Shown: positions 36,183 through 46,086, counted from the first letter of the stretch. The stretch: DNA of 64,000 nt from Anaerolineae bacterium (GCA_034432155.1 DAOUCP010000098.1:583-64582); one strand, 5' to 3'. Notes: generated from the sequence alone by a model not told the origin. A program made the numbers and translations.

Positions 36183-38051
36183 TTACCAGTGGCGGCGCAG
36201 CCACAGCTCCAAGCAGCAGCACAGCCAGAACCAATGCTCCGTTCGACGAGTGAGTGTACCATCTGCCAGCGCGGCCGCCAAGTAGTCGGGCCGAATCATC
36301 GACCGCGCCACAATCTGCGGCTCCGTCATGAGGGCCTCCACTGCCGCCCGTTCCCTCTCCATTCCGCGCTGAAAGAGCGGCAGAAAGCTGGTGCGCTCCC
36401 GCCTGGCCAGTACCGCCTCGGGGAGCCATCCCTTAAGAGCTTGCCGATGCAACCAGCGGTCCCAGCCAGGTCGGGCTAGTTGATCGGCCGGCAAAGCCAT
36501 CATGAACTCGACCAGTCGCCGGTCCCAGTACGGCATGACCAGCTCCAGGCCGTGCCGGTTGTAAGCCTTGCGTGTCGCCGCAACACCGGCGGCGAACCAG
36601 CCATGCATCAGGCTGCGATAGCGCGGCCACTGGCCCGGTCGCGGAAAGTCGTTCCAACGCTGGCGGGCCTCGATCCGCTCCACCAAACGCGTCCGCCGAA
36701 CGAAATCAGGGTGGAGGGCAGGGTTCTGCGGCGCTGCCGGCCGCGGCCGCAAGCGCCGGTAAGCCCTGGCCGCCCGCCGCGGGATCAGCGGCCGTAGTCC
36801 GCAGTCCAGCATGTCGCGCTGCCAGCGGACGGCGCCCCTGTGGTCCCAGAGCAGCCGCGCGAGCGCGCCGAGGCGGCCCTCGCGGACCATGTCGAGGGCC
36901 CAGTAGGCGCCGCCTGTGAACAGGACGTCGCCGTAATAGCCGGCCAAGAGGACGCGGCAGCCAGCTGCCTCGGCGGCTTCCATGACCGCCTCCGGCAGCC
37001 ATGCGTAGGGATCCCGCAGGACAGTGGCGCGCTCGACGGGCCATGCCTCCAGGTTGCGCAAGGTCCAGCGATCGTCGCACGGGATGTACGTTGCCGCGAT
37101 CTCACTCCGCTTCACGACCGGTTCGATGTAGCGACGCTCGTCGCAGCTCACAAGCTCATCAAACACGTAGGAAAAGGAGCAGAGCTGCGGCTGGTCGAGC
37201 CCGGACTGGGGGAGAAGGGCCGCGGTCAGCGCGGCAAGGGCCGTGGAATCCAGGCCGCCACTCAGCGAAACGCCGACCGGGCCGATGGTGCGAAGTCGGC
37301 AGCGAATTGCCCCCGCCAGCAGGACACTGTAATGCTCGGCGTAGTCCTGGTCGCTGCGATAGCGAATGCGCTGCTCCGGATTCACGTCCCAGTATCGCCA
37401 CTTGCGCACGCCGTTGGCCGTGATGGCGAGGCAATGCGCTGGCGGCAGGAAGCAGATACCTTGGTAGAACGTCGCCTCGTGCTCTTCGCCGACGACCGCC
37501 AGCATGTCCGCCACCGACTCCTCGTTCAGTCTGGGCTGGACAGCCGGGTGAGCCAGAAGCTGGTCGATTTCGGAAGCGACGAGAACGAGTCTGCCCTGCA
37601 CACAGTAGCACAGATCGCGGACGCCCAGGGGGTCGCGAGTCACGAACAGCTGGCGCTGCCGGCGATCCCAGATGGCCACGGCGAAGTCGCCGAGTAGCCT
37701 CTCGACACAAGCCGTTCCCCACTTGCGGTAGGCCCAGAGAATGAGCTGGGCATCGGTTGGGGACCGGTCCTGCTGGATCCAATCGCCCAGGCTTGCCAGG
37801 AGTTCGGTTCGATTGTCGAGCCGCGCGTCGCACACCAGAGCGCACTGGGCCGGACCGTCGAAGAGAGGCTGCCTCTCGCCGACCTCTTCGGGAGTGAGCC
37901 AGAAGTGCTGATGAGCCAACGCCACGCCATCACCGAGCCACACTTCCTGGCCGTCGGGGCCACGATGGCGACTGGCAGCCAGTATGTGCTCCACTACGGC
38001 CCGCTCGACAGGCGCACCATCGAGGTGGACCACTGCCAGGATGCCGCTCAT
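36183..38051 (-). CDS. Lasso peptide cyclase (asparagine synthetase B homolog without the N-terminal Cys nucleophile)
   Basis: 622-aa AsnB-family protein starting MSGILAV (Ser, not Cys, at position 2) with an SGGLDS PP-loop ATP-binding motif. Followed directly by the precursor ORF. Confidence 0.8.
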   Translation of the reverse strand: MSGILAVVHLDGAPVERAVVEHILAASRHRGPDGQEVWLGDGVALAHQHFWLTPEEVGERQPLFDGPAQCALVCDARLDNRTELLASLGDWIQQDRSPTDAQLILWAYRKWGTACVERLLGDFAVAIWDRRQRQLFVTRDPLGVRDLCYCVQGRLVLVASEIDQLLAHPAVQPRLNEESVADMLAVVGEEHEATFYQGICFLPPAHCLAITANGVRKWRYWDVNPEQRIRYRSDQDYAEHYSVLLAGAIRCRLRTIGPVGVSLSGGLDSTALAALTAALLPQSGLDQPQLCSFSYVFDELVSCDERRYIEPVVKRSEIAATYIPCDDRWTLRNLEAWPVERATVLRDPYAWLPEAVMEAAEAAGCRVLLAGYYGDVLFTGGAYWALDMVREGRLGALARLLWDHRGAVRWQRDMLDCGLRPLIPRRAARAYRRLRPRPAAPQNPALHPDFVRRTRLVERIEARQRWNDFPRPGQWPRYRSLMHGWFAAGVAATRKAYNRHGLELVMPYWDRRLVEFMMALPADQLARPGWDRWLHRQALKGWLPEAVLARRERTSFLPLFQRGMERERAAVEALMTEPQIVARSMIRPDYLAAALADGTLTRRTEHWFWLCCCLELWLRRHW

Positions 38052-38177
38052 GGCGAAGGTCGCGCCCTATCGATCGAGTGCCGCTCTTGGTGGGCGCCGC
38101 TCAGGAGTACCAGGCCCCCGCTGAGTGGCCGCTCTCGGCTCAGGCGGTGGCTGTCGCCACCAGGGCATGGACCTGGC

Positions 38178-41100
38178 TTAGGGACGCCCCGGTTCCACCA
38201 CCAGAGCTGGATCGCCCAGGAGCGTCCAGCCCATTTGGACGTCGATCAGGCCGGGCAGCTCACGCGCCAGCTCCCGCTTGGCGTCGCGAATGGCCGCTCC
38301 GATAGTCATGCCAGGTCGGGCCAGCTTCGGCATCAGGCGCACCGCCAACGCTCGCTCGGCCGACTCGGTGGCGAGCGATGTCGGGCCCATCGTGGCCACG
38401 GCAGCGTTGGTGCCCCCCAGCAACAGAAGGTCGTTCAGGGTGTCGAACTTTGGCTGGAGATAGTAGGTATTGTAGCATCCCCACTGAGTGACGACGGTCG
38501 GCTTGCCGAAGTTTGTAAGCAACTTCGCTTGTTCACTTGTCAGCAGGTAGTTGAATGACCAGACAGCGGAACTCGAGTGCCCCACGTAGTTGGTGAGTGC
38601 CATTCCGCTATTGACGGATTCCTGCAGTGCTGTCTGGGCCTGCGACACAGTCAGTTCGTCGAGATGGACCCGCTGGCAGGTCCAGTCCTCGGGCAGCCCT
38701 GCCCTCATGATCTCGCTCGTGTCCCTGAAGGACCGATCGGCAGCGAACACGGCCCGCCGACGGTAGGTCTTGGTCTCATACGCCCGCATCTTCTCAACCA
38801 GGTTGGCCAGTTCGGCCGAGGTGCGCACTGGCAGGCGTCCAACGGCCAAGTCCGGCACACCATCGTCGTCCACGTCGGCGTACCATGGGTCGGCCGGCAA
38901 GAACAGGGTCCTGTCACTCGGGACGAAGGGGGTCGGGAGGAAGCTGATGCCGCCGTGGCCGGGAGTCCCCAAGTAGTCGTACGTGTCATCTCCAACCAAA
39001 AGGACGTATTCGGTCCCCATGTTGCGCGAGGCATAGCGAATGTAGTCTCGCAACGGCTCCGGACCGAAAATGCCATCTCCGAACTGATTGTATACGTCGC
39101 GCACGTCGACGATCTTGACGGTAAAGCCCTGTGCCTGGCGCGCCGCCACCAAAGGCGCCAAGCCGTCAATGAAGTCAGGATGGCTGACGATCAGGTACTG
39201 CGCCACCCCGGACGTGAGGTCGACGATGGGCCGTACGGAGTTGATCCGCGGGGCGAGAAACCCCGGTCCGGAAGCGAGCACGTAGCTGGCCCGATCCGGA
39301 CTGCCGCGAAACGTCACGCTGTACGAACCGCCGGCTGCGGCCACGGTAGGGGAAGCCAGGAACGTCGGCTGGCCGTCCACCAGGCGATAGACGGCGACAT
39401 CTGGGCTCGGCAAGTTCGTGACGCGGAATGCCGAACCGACGCCGGTGAACATCAAACGGCCATCGCGGGCGACAAACGCCCGCGGATAGGTGAGGCTGTA
39501 CCGATCCAACGCCAGCATGTCCCACTTGGCGCCGCGATCGGCCGGCAGTGCGATGGCCATCGTGTTGGTGCCGTCGTGGACCAAACCGCGGGGCAGGGTG
39601 ACCTCCACCACCTCCACCTCGAAGGCGTCGAACACGACGTCGGCCACTGGCGTGCCATTGAGCGCGATCTGCACGTGATGGTCGGGCCCAGGCAGCATAT
39701 CGCTGAGCCCCCACAACTCGACTCTGAGGACAGGCGGCTCGCCTTCGGGCACCAGGTGGTCCACTTCAATGGTGAAGCCGTCCCACGTCTTCGGTTGGCG
39801 ATAAACCAGCAGCATCGTGTCGTACCATGGGTCGCCATTCGGCGACACATCGGCGTAGTCGCGGTCACGGTTGACCTGGGATGTCTCCAGGTAATACGTC
39901 GGAATTGTGACGCTGCGGCCAGGCTTCGCGGCGTCGCGGTCCATCCGCTTCGCTCCCGGTCCGGCCACCTCGAGGCGGTACACGTTTGTATGGCTGTACA
40001 GCGTGTTCAGCCGGACACCGTAAAACTCCAGGAAGCTCCCAGGCCCCATCAACTCTGGGCCGCCGAACCGAAGGGGCACCGGCCGGCCGCGATTGCTCAA
40101 GGCCAAAAGCGATCGGGGTACCCCGGTGAGATCCAACCCGGCGGCCTGCAGCATCTCGTTGGTCACGCGGTACACGCCGTCCGTTTCCACCAAGAACTCG
40201 CATGCCGGATAGCCCAGAAGTCCGCTCACCGCTTTGCGTGCCACCGTCACGGCCGCCAGGCGGCGCCGCTCAACCGCTGCACGTTGCAGCGACTTTCGTT
40301 CGTGCTCAGCCCACACTGCTGACCAGTTTGTCGGCTCGATCCACAGGCGCCCGCCATAGGTTTGGCCTAGGGCAAATGGGCCGTGTAGGCGCGTGCGGCC
40401 CTGCGTGTCGACGTCTTCCAAATAGAAGATCTCTCCGGCCACGCCGGCGACGCGGAACGAGTACTCTTGGGGCACCGCGGAGTTCACCACCTTCGATGGA
40501 ATGATCTCCGCGTTCAGTCTCCGCGGTTGCCGATTGGCTTCGACGTACAGATTGAAACCAGCGTTGAGCTCCTCCGTTGCTGTCTGCCAGTCAAAGCGAA
40601 CATGCCCGTCCTCACGGCTGGCTTGGAAGAACGCCAATGTGACCGGTGCCGTCACCGACACGCTCCCGCAGTTGTTGGCTCGGTTGGGCTCTTCCTGTTT
40701 GGCCTGCGGCGTCGGCGCCACGCAGGCCGTGTTCTGCAAAACGCCGGTGCCCGGGTCGTCCGGATGCAGGCGCACCCAGATGCGGAAGGTGATGCTGTTG
40801 CCGCTGCCCACCCCCAGGGCCGCTATCTCGCACGTGACCAGGCCGCCATACGTTGTGCCCGGCGTTCCGCTGTACGTACAGCCTGCGGGCAGTGCGTGAT
40901 CCGGATCGACGGTGAGGTTAGCGGGAAGACCGTCGGTGACCAGAGCCGCCGGCTGGCCGGGAGACGTGGAGGTCAGGCTGTCGGGTCCGTAGTTCGTGAC
41001 GGTGATGTCGTAGTAAAACGGCAACGGCACACACGGGCCGCTGCTGCAATCCCACTGGACACTCGTGACACTGGACGTTTTGGTCGTGGCCAGGTCGACG

Positions 41101-42065
41101 AGATCATGGTGGTTGCCGAAGTTGTAGGCCGAGTAGGTCCCACCGGCTGAGACCGTAACCTGATGATAGCCGACCACCGGATAGGTCTGCGTCCAGTAGG
41201 CCTGTTGGACTTCGCGGATGTAGTGCGTCCCCGGATAGGCGTAGAGAGTATACGATCCGTCCGCTGCAGTGGTTGTGGAGGCGATGACGGTGCTGCACGC
41301 CGAGTCTGCGCAGAGCTGCACGGTCCAGCCGGAGAGGGCTGACTCATCGCCATCCCACACCCTGTCACTGTCCTTGTCTTCCCACTTGTAGCCGCTGATC
41401 ATTGCCCGTGCGATTGCCGTGGTCATGATCGAGAGCGTGCCACCACCGGTGACGCCGGTCAGGCTTGTCTGAAGAGACGCACCGGGCCATTGACTCGCTC
41501 CGCGACATCCGGGAATGGTGTCCGGCGGCGCGATGTACAGCCCCCAGTACAAATAGGCCGTGGTCGCCAAGGCGGTAAACGTTACCTCGAGGTACCGCTG
41601 GACTCCATCGCCGACGTCGAAAGGTCCCGAGACCTGCGTGATGTTCGCGCCACTCGTGTAGAAGTTTCCATAACCACCCGGGATGGGATCGTCGATCTGC
41701 AGCGGAGCTCCAGGAGTTGGAAACCCTTGCCGAGTCTGATCATATGTTGCGAGATGATCGAATCCGCATGTATTTGTAGAAGCGTAATAGTAGTCGTAGT
41801 AAATCTGAAAAGTGTAAGAATTGCCGACGGTGATCCTCGAGATCTCTACGTAGTGTGGAACAACATCGGTCTCGAAGTAATCTGAGTTGGTATTGTTGAG
41901 AGCACCTTTTGTCCAACTGAAACTAGGCTTCGTCGCCAGATGGTAGAAGTTCGCAGCCTGTGCCGATGCCACCGTCGGGATCAGGAAGACTGCCACCATC
42001 AGGGCGAAGGCTATCTTTCGCGTCGCTGGTCGCCTCCAGCCCCCGCCCAAGCTTGTCCATGACAT
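38178..42065 (-). CDS. Large secreted multi-domain protein (SdrD/CnaB-type and DUF11-like repeats) with a C-terminal peptidase C25 (gingipain-like) domain
   Basis: Strong AGGAGG RBS and a signal peptide (MSWTSLGGGWRRPATRKIAFALMVAVFLIPTVASAQA). An ISGYKWEDKDSDRVWDGDE motif is present. The C-terminal region (VLLVGDDTYDYLG...DVDDDGVPDLAVGRLPVRT...YVGHSSS) matches clan CD/C25 topology. Confidence 0.8.
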   Translation of the reverse strand: MSWTSLGGGWRRPATRKIAFALMVAVFLIPTVASAQAANFYHLATKPSFSWTKGALNNTNSDYFETDVVPHYVEISRITVGNSYTFQIYYDYYYASTNTCGFDHLATYDQTRQGFPTPGAPLQIDDPIPGGYGNFYTSGANITQVSGPFDVGDGVQRYLEVTFTALATTAYLYWGLYIAPPDTIPGCRGASQWPGASLQTSLTGVTGGGTLSIMTTAIARAMISGYKWEDKDSDRVWDGDESALSGWTVQLCADSACSTVIASTTTAADGSYTLYAYPGTHYIREVQQAYWTQTYPVVGYHQVTVSAGGTYSAYNFGNHHDLVDLATTKTSSVTSVQWDCSSGPCVPLPFYYDITVTNYGPDSLTSTSPGQPAALVTDGLPANLTVDPDHALPAGCTYSGTPGTTYGGLVTCEIAALGVGSGNSITFRIWVRLHPDDPGTGVLQNTACVAPTPQAKQEEPNRANNCGSVSVTAPVTLAFFQASREDGHVRFDWQTATEELNAGFNLYVEANRQPRRLNAEIIPSKVVNSAVPQEYSFRVAGVAGEIFYLEDVDTQGRTRLHGPFALGQTYGGRLWIEPTNWSAVWAEHERKSLQRAAVERRRLAAVTVARKAVSGLLGYPACEFLVETDGVYRVTNEMLQAAGLDLTGVPRSLLALSNRGRPVPLRFGGPELMGPGSFLEFYGVRLNTLYSHTNVYRLEVAGPGAKRMDRDAAKPGRSVTIPTYYLETSQVNRDRDYADVSPNGDPWYDTMLLVYRQPKTWDGFTIEVDHLVPEGEPPVLRVELWGLSDMLPGPDHHVQIALNGTPVADVVFDAFEVEVVEVTLPRGLVHDGTNTMAIALPADRGAKWDMLALDRYSLTYPRAFVARDGRLMFTGVGSAFRVTNLPSPDVAVYRLVDGQPTFLASPTVAAAGGSYSVTFRGSPDRASYVLASGPGFLAPRINSVRPIVDLTSGVAQYLIVSHPDFIDGLAPLVAARQAQGFTVKIVDVRDVYNQFGDGIFGPEPLRDYIRYASRNMGTEYVLLVGDDTYDYLGTPGHGGISFLPTPFVPSDRTLFLPADPWYADVDDDGVPDLAVGRLPVRTSAELANLVEKMRAYETKTYRRRAVFAADRSFRDTSEIMRAGLPEDWTCQRVHLDELTVSQAQTALQESVNSGMALTNYVGHSSSAVWSFNYLLTSEQAKLLTNFGKPTVVTQWGCYNTYYLQPKFDTLNDLLLLGGTNAAVATMGPTSLATESAERALAVRLMPKLARPGMTIGAAIRDAKRELARELPGLIDVQMGWTLLGDPALVVEPGRP

Positions 42066-42537
42066 GGTCTCTACCTCCTCTTTCGTGCCTGGCAGACAGC
42101 CTCCGGAGCATGCGCCGCCACGGGCCAGGGGGAGCCGCAAGTCACCTTTGCGACCACCTTCGTCTCCCACCAATTCGGCTCCCGCTCGCCGATCACGGGC
42201 CGCAGGCACCGTCTGGCCACCACGCCCCTGGCCGGCACTGCATTCGGCGTCACGGCGCACACTTTGGGAGCGTCGCCGAAGGACCGGTGGTCCAGGCCGT
42301 TCGTGGTCTCTCTGCCGGTTGCCAGGATACGGTTCCGCCTGACGGTGCCCAGCAGCACAGCTTCCACGCTCGACCGACCTTCCAAGTTGTCCCGGATCTC
42401 CGTGCCCGAGGCGACGTGGGCCCGATTCGACCTCCGGCTGGTGCGAGTCACGGTGAACATCGGGCTAGCGCCGTGGCTTCCGACCCGAGACCCTCACGTG
42501 CCCCACATGCAAGAGTCCCGTGATCGCCGCAGCCGCA

Positions 42538-43280
42538 TCAAGTATATAATCTCGCACCCGTGATGCGCCAACCGGTCCGAGCGCAAGGATGGCGCCGGCC
42601 TGGTCCATGCGCCTGCGACGGTTGATGGCCAGCGAAGAAGGCCACGACTGGCTTGATCATGCAGTGGCGGATGAAGGCTCCGGCGCGCTTCTCCTCGGCT
42701 CCGTCGATCTCGCCGATCAGCGCGACACGCATGGTCGCCGGACCGGTCTCCTGGAGGGCCAAAGGATGTCCGCGAAGATTGTGCCCGGCACTGTATCGCC
42801 TCCCATGACCGCAGCGGTGGCCTAGCCGATGCCACGCCGGCTGAGGGCAATGAGCGTATCGTAGGTCAATGTGCCACTGTGGCTGGCCATATCAACTGGG
42901 CCGAGCTGCACGATGCTGCCGGAATGGATCCCCAGCTCGGCCTCGCCCGGAGTGATAACGCTCCGCGAAACCAGGCCGACGAGGACCAGCTCACGACCGG
43001 CCGGAAGGCCATCCTCAGGCCATGTGCCGGGCCGGAACGCCCTCAGTGATAGGCACCATGACCGAACGCCGGCGTCGGCTGCCTCCGAGATCGAGTTCGC
43101 GCCATAGGGACCGGGGACGAAGATCACCCTTGCCTTGGCCAACGTGGCGCGGACCGCGTGCCACACGATGTCGAAGGCGGCAACGCCGGCCACCGTCCTA
43201 CGGGCCTTGGCCGGCGTCACTCCGGCAATCACTGCCGCTAGTCCGGCAGCAACAGGAACTCTTCGACTGGACACTCGCAC
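42538..43280 (-). pseudogene. Degraded succinyl-CoA synthetase alpha-like paralog (frameshifted)
   Basis: Two frames carry SucD-like segments (VIAGVTPAK...ITPGEAELGIHSGSIVQLGPVDMASHSGTLTYDTLIALSRRGIG and ALIGEIDGAEEKRAGAFIRHCMIKPVVAFFAGHQ). It is about 45% identical to the intact sucD at 1-608. Confidence 0.6.
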
Positions 43281-43794
43281 AGGGGCCCTTGTGTGCTAGC
43301 CGAGACCCGCCGCTGCTGCGCCAACGGCGCGCTTCCTCCGACCGAACACCGGGCGGCAGGGCCTTGGTGGACGGCCCCGTCTGGCCTTGGACGCGTCACG
43401 TGGGAGGAAGGCCCAGTGCCGCAACGGAAAGAGCGACGACCCCCATGAGCGCCATACTGGGGCACCGCCAGGAAGCGACACTTGGGAGCGCACGGGCGTC
43501 CGGTTCATGGAACGCGATGCGGCTGGGAGCCGGTCTCTGACGACCTCCTAGCCCGCTGCGCGGGTGCTTCTGGACGTCACTAGCACATGATCGCAGCTTG
43601 GCGGGTTCTCTGCTGGGCGACGCTGGTTGGCAACCATCGCGGCAACATGGCCCGCCGCGCGCCGCCCACGCGGCCCTAGCTCGCCGCGTAACGAGCCAGC
43701 GCCTCCTGCCAGTACTCGCGCCGGCCATTCTGCAAGACAAGAACCGCATCGCGCACCGCAGCCTCGCGGCCGCCGCGCGTGATCCTCTCGCCGG

Positions 43795-44562
43795 CTACCA
43801 CCGGTATGGCGCGCAGTCCGGCGCGGCGAAGGTGCCCCGCGCGGCGCACCGCCCTCGCCACGTCCTCGGCATCGACCACCGCCGACACCTCCACTGCCAA
43901 CAGACCTCCGGAGCCTCGGCGGCATCTCGTAGCGTCCCCTTTACCAGGGCATCGATCTGCAGCACATCGGCAAAGTCGGCGGTAGCGAGGTGCGACTCCA
44001 GGACATCTTCGAGAAAGACCGGTGATTCGGTGCGCACCCGTCGCAGGATCTCCCCAAAGTAGGCGCCGGCCTTCTCCCGGTACTCGGCCTCGAGCCACCG
44101 CCCCGACCGCCGGTTGAGGACCTCGAGATTGGCCGCCATCCGTTGCACCTGCCGTTCCGTGCGCACCTGCGCCTCGGCGAGCCGCTGCACCGTTTCCTCG
44201 AGGCGCGTCAGCCGCTCTTCGGTACGCGCCTGCGCCTCGGCGAGCCGCTCCACTGCTGCCTCGAGGCGGGCGACCGCTCCTTCCACCCGCGTCAGCCGCT
44301 CCTCCGCGGCCGCCTGCGCCTCGGCGAGCCGCTCGACCGTTGCCTCGAGGCGTGTCAGGCGCTCTTCGGCACGCGCATGTGCTGCCGCCAGCGCGGCGAG
44401 CTGTTCGTCCGTGCGCCGCCCGATGCTCGCCGTCTCGGCGAGGACCTCCTTGACCTCCCGCAGCAAGTCGGTCGCCATCATGCCGGCTAGTTCGAGTCGC
44501 AGCCTCGGCTCGGCAGCTAGTACCTGCAGCAGGGCTTCCACGTCTTGTGGTGTCAGAGCCAT
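43795..44562 (-). CDS. Coiled-coil tandem-repeat protein (21-aa repeat EERLTRLEATVERLAEAQAAA x ~4), C-terminus possibly frameshifted
   Basis: 63-bp DNA tandem repeats at 44158-44420. Past the globular region the C-terminal tail becomes Arg/Trp-rich and looks out of frame. Confidence 0.55.
   Translation of the reverse strand: MALTPQDVEALLQVLAAEPRLRLELAGMMATDLLREVKEVLAETASIGRRTDEQLAALAAAHARAEERLTRLEATVERLAEAQAAAEERLTRVEGAVARLEAAVERLAEAQARTEERLTRLEETVQRLAEAQVRTERQVQRMAANLEVLNRRSGRWLEAEYREKAGAYFGEILRRVRTESPVFLEDVLESHLATADFADVLQIDALVKGTLRDAAEAPEVCWQWRCRRWSMPRTWRGRCAARGTFAAPDCAPYRW
44158..44420. repeat. 63-bp tandem repeat x ~4 inside the coiled-coil gene
   Basis: The cctgcgcctcggcgagccgctc... 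units are read directly from the sequence. Confidence 0.6.
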
Positions 44563-44884
44563 TCCTCGACCTCACCGCCATGTGCCAGACAGCATGCGTG
44601 CGCCTAGAACATCTGTCCCAATCCTAGCATCCGCAAACGCCGAGGGCAAACGCTGCCCGCTGACGCGGTGGCTCCGTCCGACAGGCGCAGATAACGGACT
44701 CCCGCCCATGCAGCCGAGCGCAATCGCCGGCGGCCATGTCCGTCACGTGACGCCAGACAGCCGTCGTGGTATACCCTCTCCCGCGAGCGGTCATCGGCAC
44801 CGGAGACGGTCCATCGGTCGTCGACGCCGACCCTCGCCTGCCCGTGAGCGGGCATCGGTGGAGTGGCCTCGAAAGGGGACAGCC

Positions 44885-45883
44885 ATGGAACAAGCAACCG
44901 CTTCCAGCAGCGTAGCCGCGTGGCTTACCGCCGGACTGCTGATGACGATCTTGCTCGGCCCGGCCGTGGCGCTGGATTCGCCCATCGGAAGGTCGGCGCC
45001 GGCTGCCTCCGCGATCGTGATCGACCACACCTGCACCGATCTCGCCCGCATACCGACGGACTGGATCGGAAGAGCGAAACGGCTCACCTTGCACTACGCG
45101 CACACATCGCATGGCTCCCAGCTGATCAGTGGGCTAGAGGACCTAGAGCGCATCGACCCCCAATATGACGTCGCGGTGCACACCAGCGCCACCGTCGGCC
45201 TGCCCTCGGCACCGGATGCATTGCGGATCTACGACGGCAATCCCGGCGCCACCTATATTACTCCCGAGCTCTACTGGGCATCGGCCGACGGCATCGCTCG
45301 TACGCGCGCGGTCGCCGACACCGGCCTGTTCGGCTTTTCGATGTGGGCATGGTGTGGCCAGCAGTCCTCCAACTCCGAGGGGCAGGTCCGGCAGTACCTC
45401 GACCAGTTGGACGAGTTCGAGCGGCTTTATCCCGCGATGCGCTTCATCTACATGACTGGCCACACCGACGGCGGCTCGGCCACGCTGACGCGCAACAACC
45501 AGTTGGTCCGGGACTACGTTCGGGCGCACGGCAAGGTCCTGTTCGACTTCGCCGATATCGAGAGCTACGACCCCGCCGGCAACTACCACCCTGAGACCAC
45601 CGACGCCTGCGACTGGTGCGAGGACTGGTGCCGGGTTCATCCCGAGGACTGTCGAAACCTGCCTTCGTCCTGCGCCCACTCGCACCCCTTGAACTGTCGC
45701 CGCAAAGGCTATGCCGTCTGGTGGCTGATGTCGCGCCTCGCTGGCTGGCCCGGGCCATCAGCCACCCCAGGCACTCCGCAGCCCACCGTCCAGCCTCTGC
45801 CAAGCAGGACCGTCGAACCACATCCGCTGACCGACTCGGCGATCTATCTGCCGGCCGTCTGGCACAGCGGCCCATCCAGCTGA
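44885..45883 (+). CDS. Secreted hypothetical protein with a Cys-rich C-terminal region
   Basis: Signal peptide (MEQATASSSVAAWLTAGLLMTILLGPAVA). The long 44114 ORF N-terminus was rejected. The protein ends ...AIYLPAVWHSGPSS. Confidence 0.6.
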   Translation: MEQATASSSVAAWLTAGLLMTILLGPAVALDSPIGRSAPAASAIVIDHTCTDLARIPTDWIGRAKRLTLHYAHTSHGSQLISGLEDLERIDPQYDVAVHTSATVGLPSAPDALRIYDGNPGATYITPELYWASADGIARTRAVADTGLFGFSMWAWCGQQSSNSEGQVRQYLDQLDEFERLYPAMRFIYMTGHTDGGSATLTRNNQLVRDYVRAHGKVLFDFADIESYDPAGNYHPETTDACDWCEDWCRVHPEDCRNLPSSCAHSHPLNCRRKGYAVWWLMSRLAGWPGPSATPGTPQPTVQPLPSRTVEPHPLTDSAIYLPAVWHSGPSS

Positions 45884-46086
45884 TTGCCCGGTCTGCCAGG
45901 GGCAGCGCCACTGAGGCGCACGGCACCCGCCACGCTTTCGGGGCGCCCGGCGAACCGGGTAGAATGGCTCAGACCGCCTTGTACTGTGGCCGGGCTATCC
46001 GAGAAGCGGCGTGTCTGCCAGGACGGCGGTGGGGCAAGCCCTCGCGAGGCTGAGGGATGCCAGGGCGGCGCATAGCATTCCATCCG

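Noticed and set aside
44114-44884. The N-terminal 257 codons of ORF 44114-45883 and the 115-aa ORF 44143-44490 on the plus strand
   Set aside because: These are antisense to the 63-bp tandem-repeat coiled-coil gene. Their repetitive Arg/Leu-rich translation is a mirror of the repeats. The real gene starts at the ATG at 44885 with a signal peptide.
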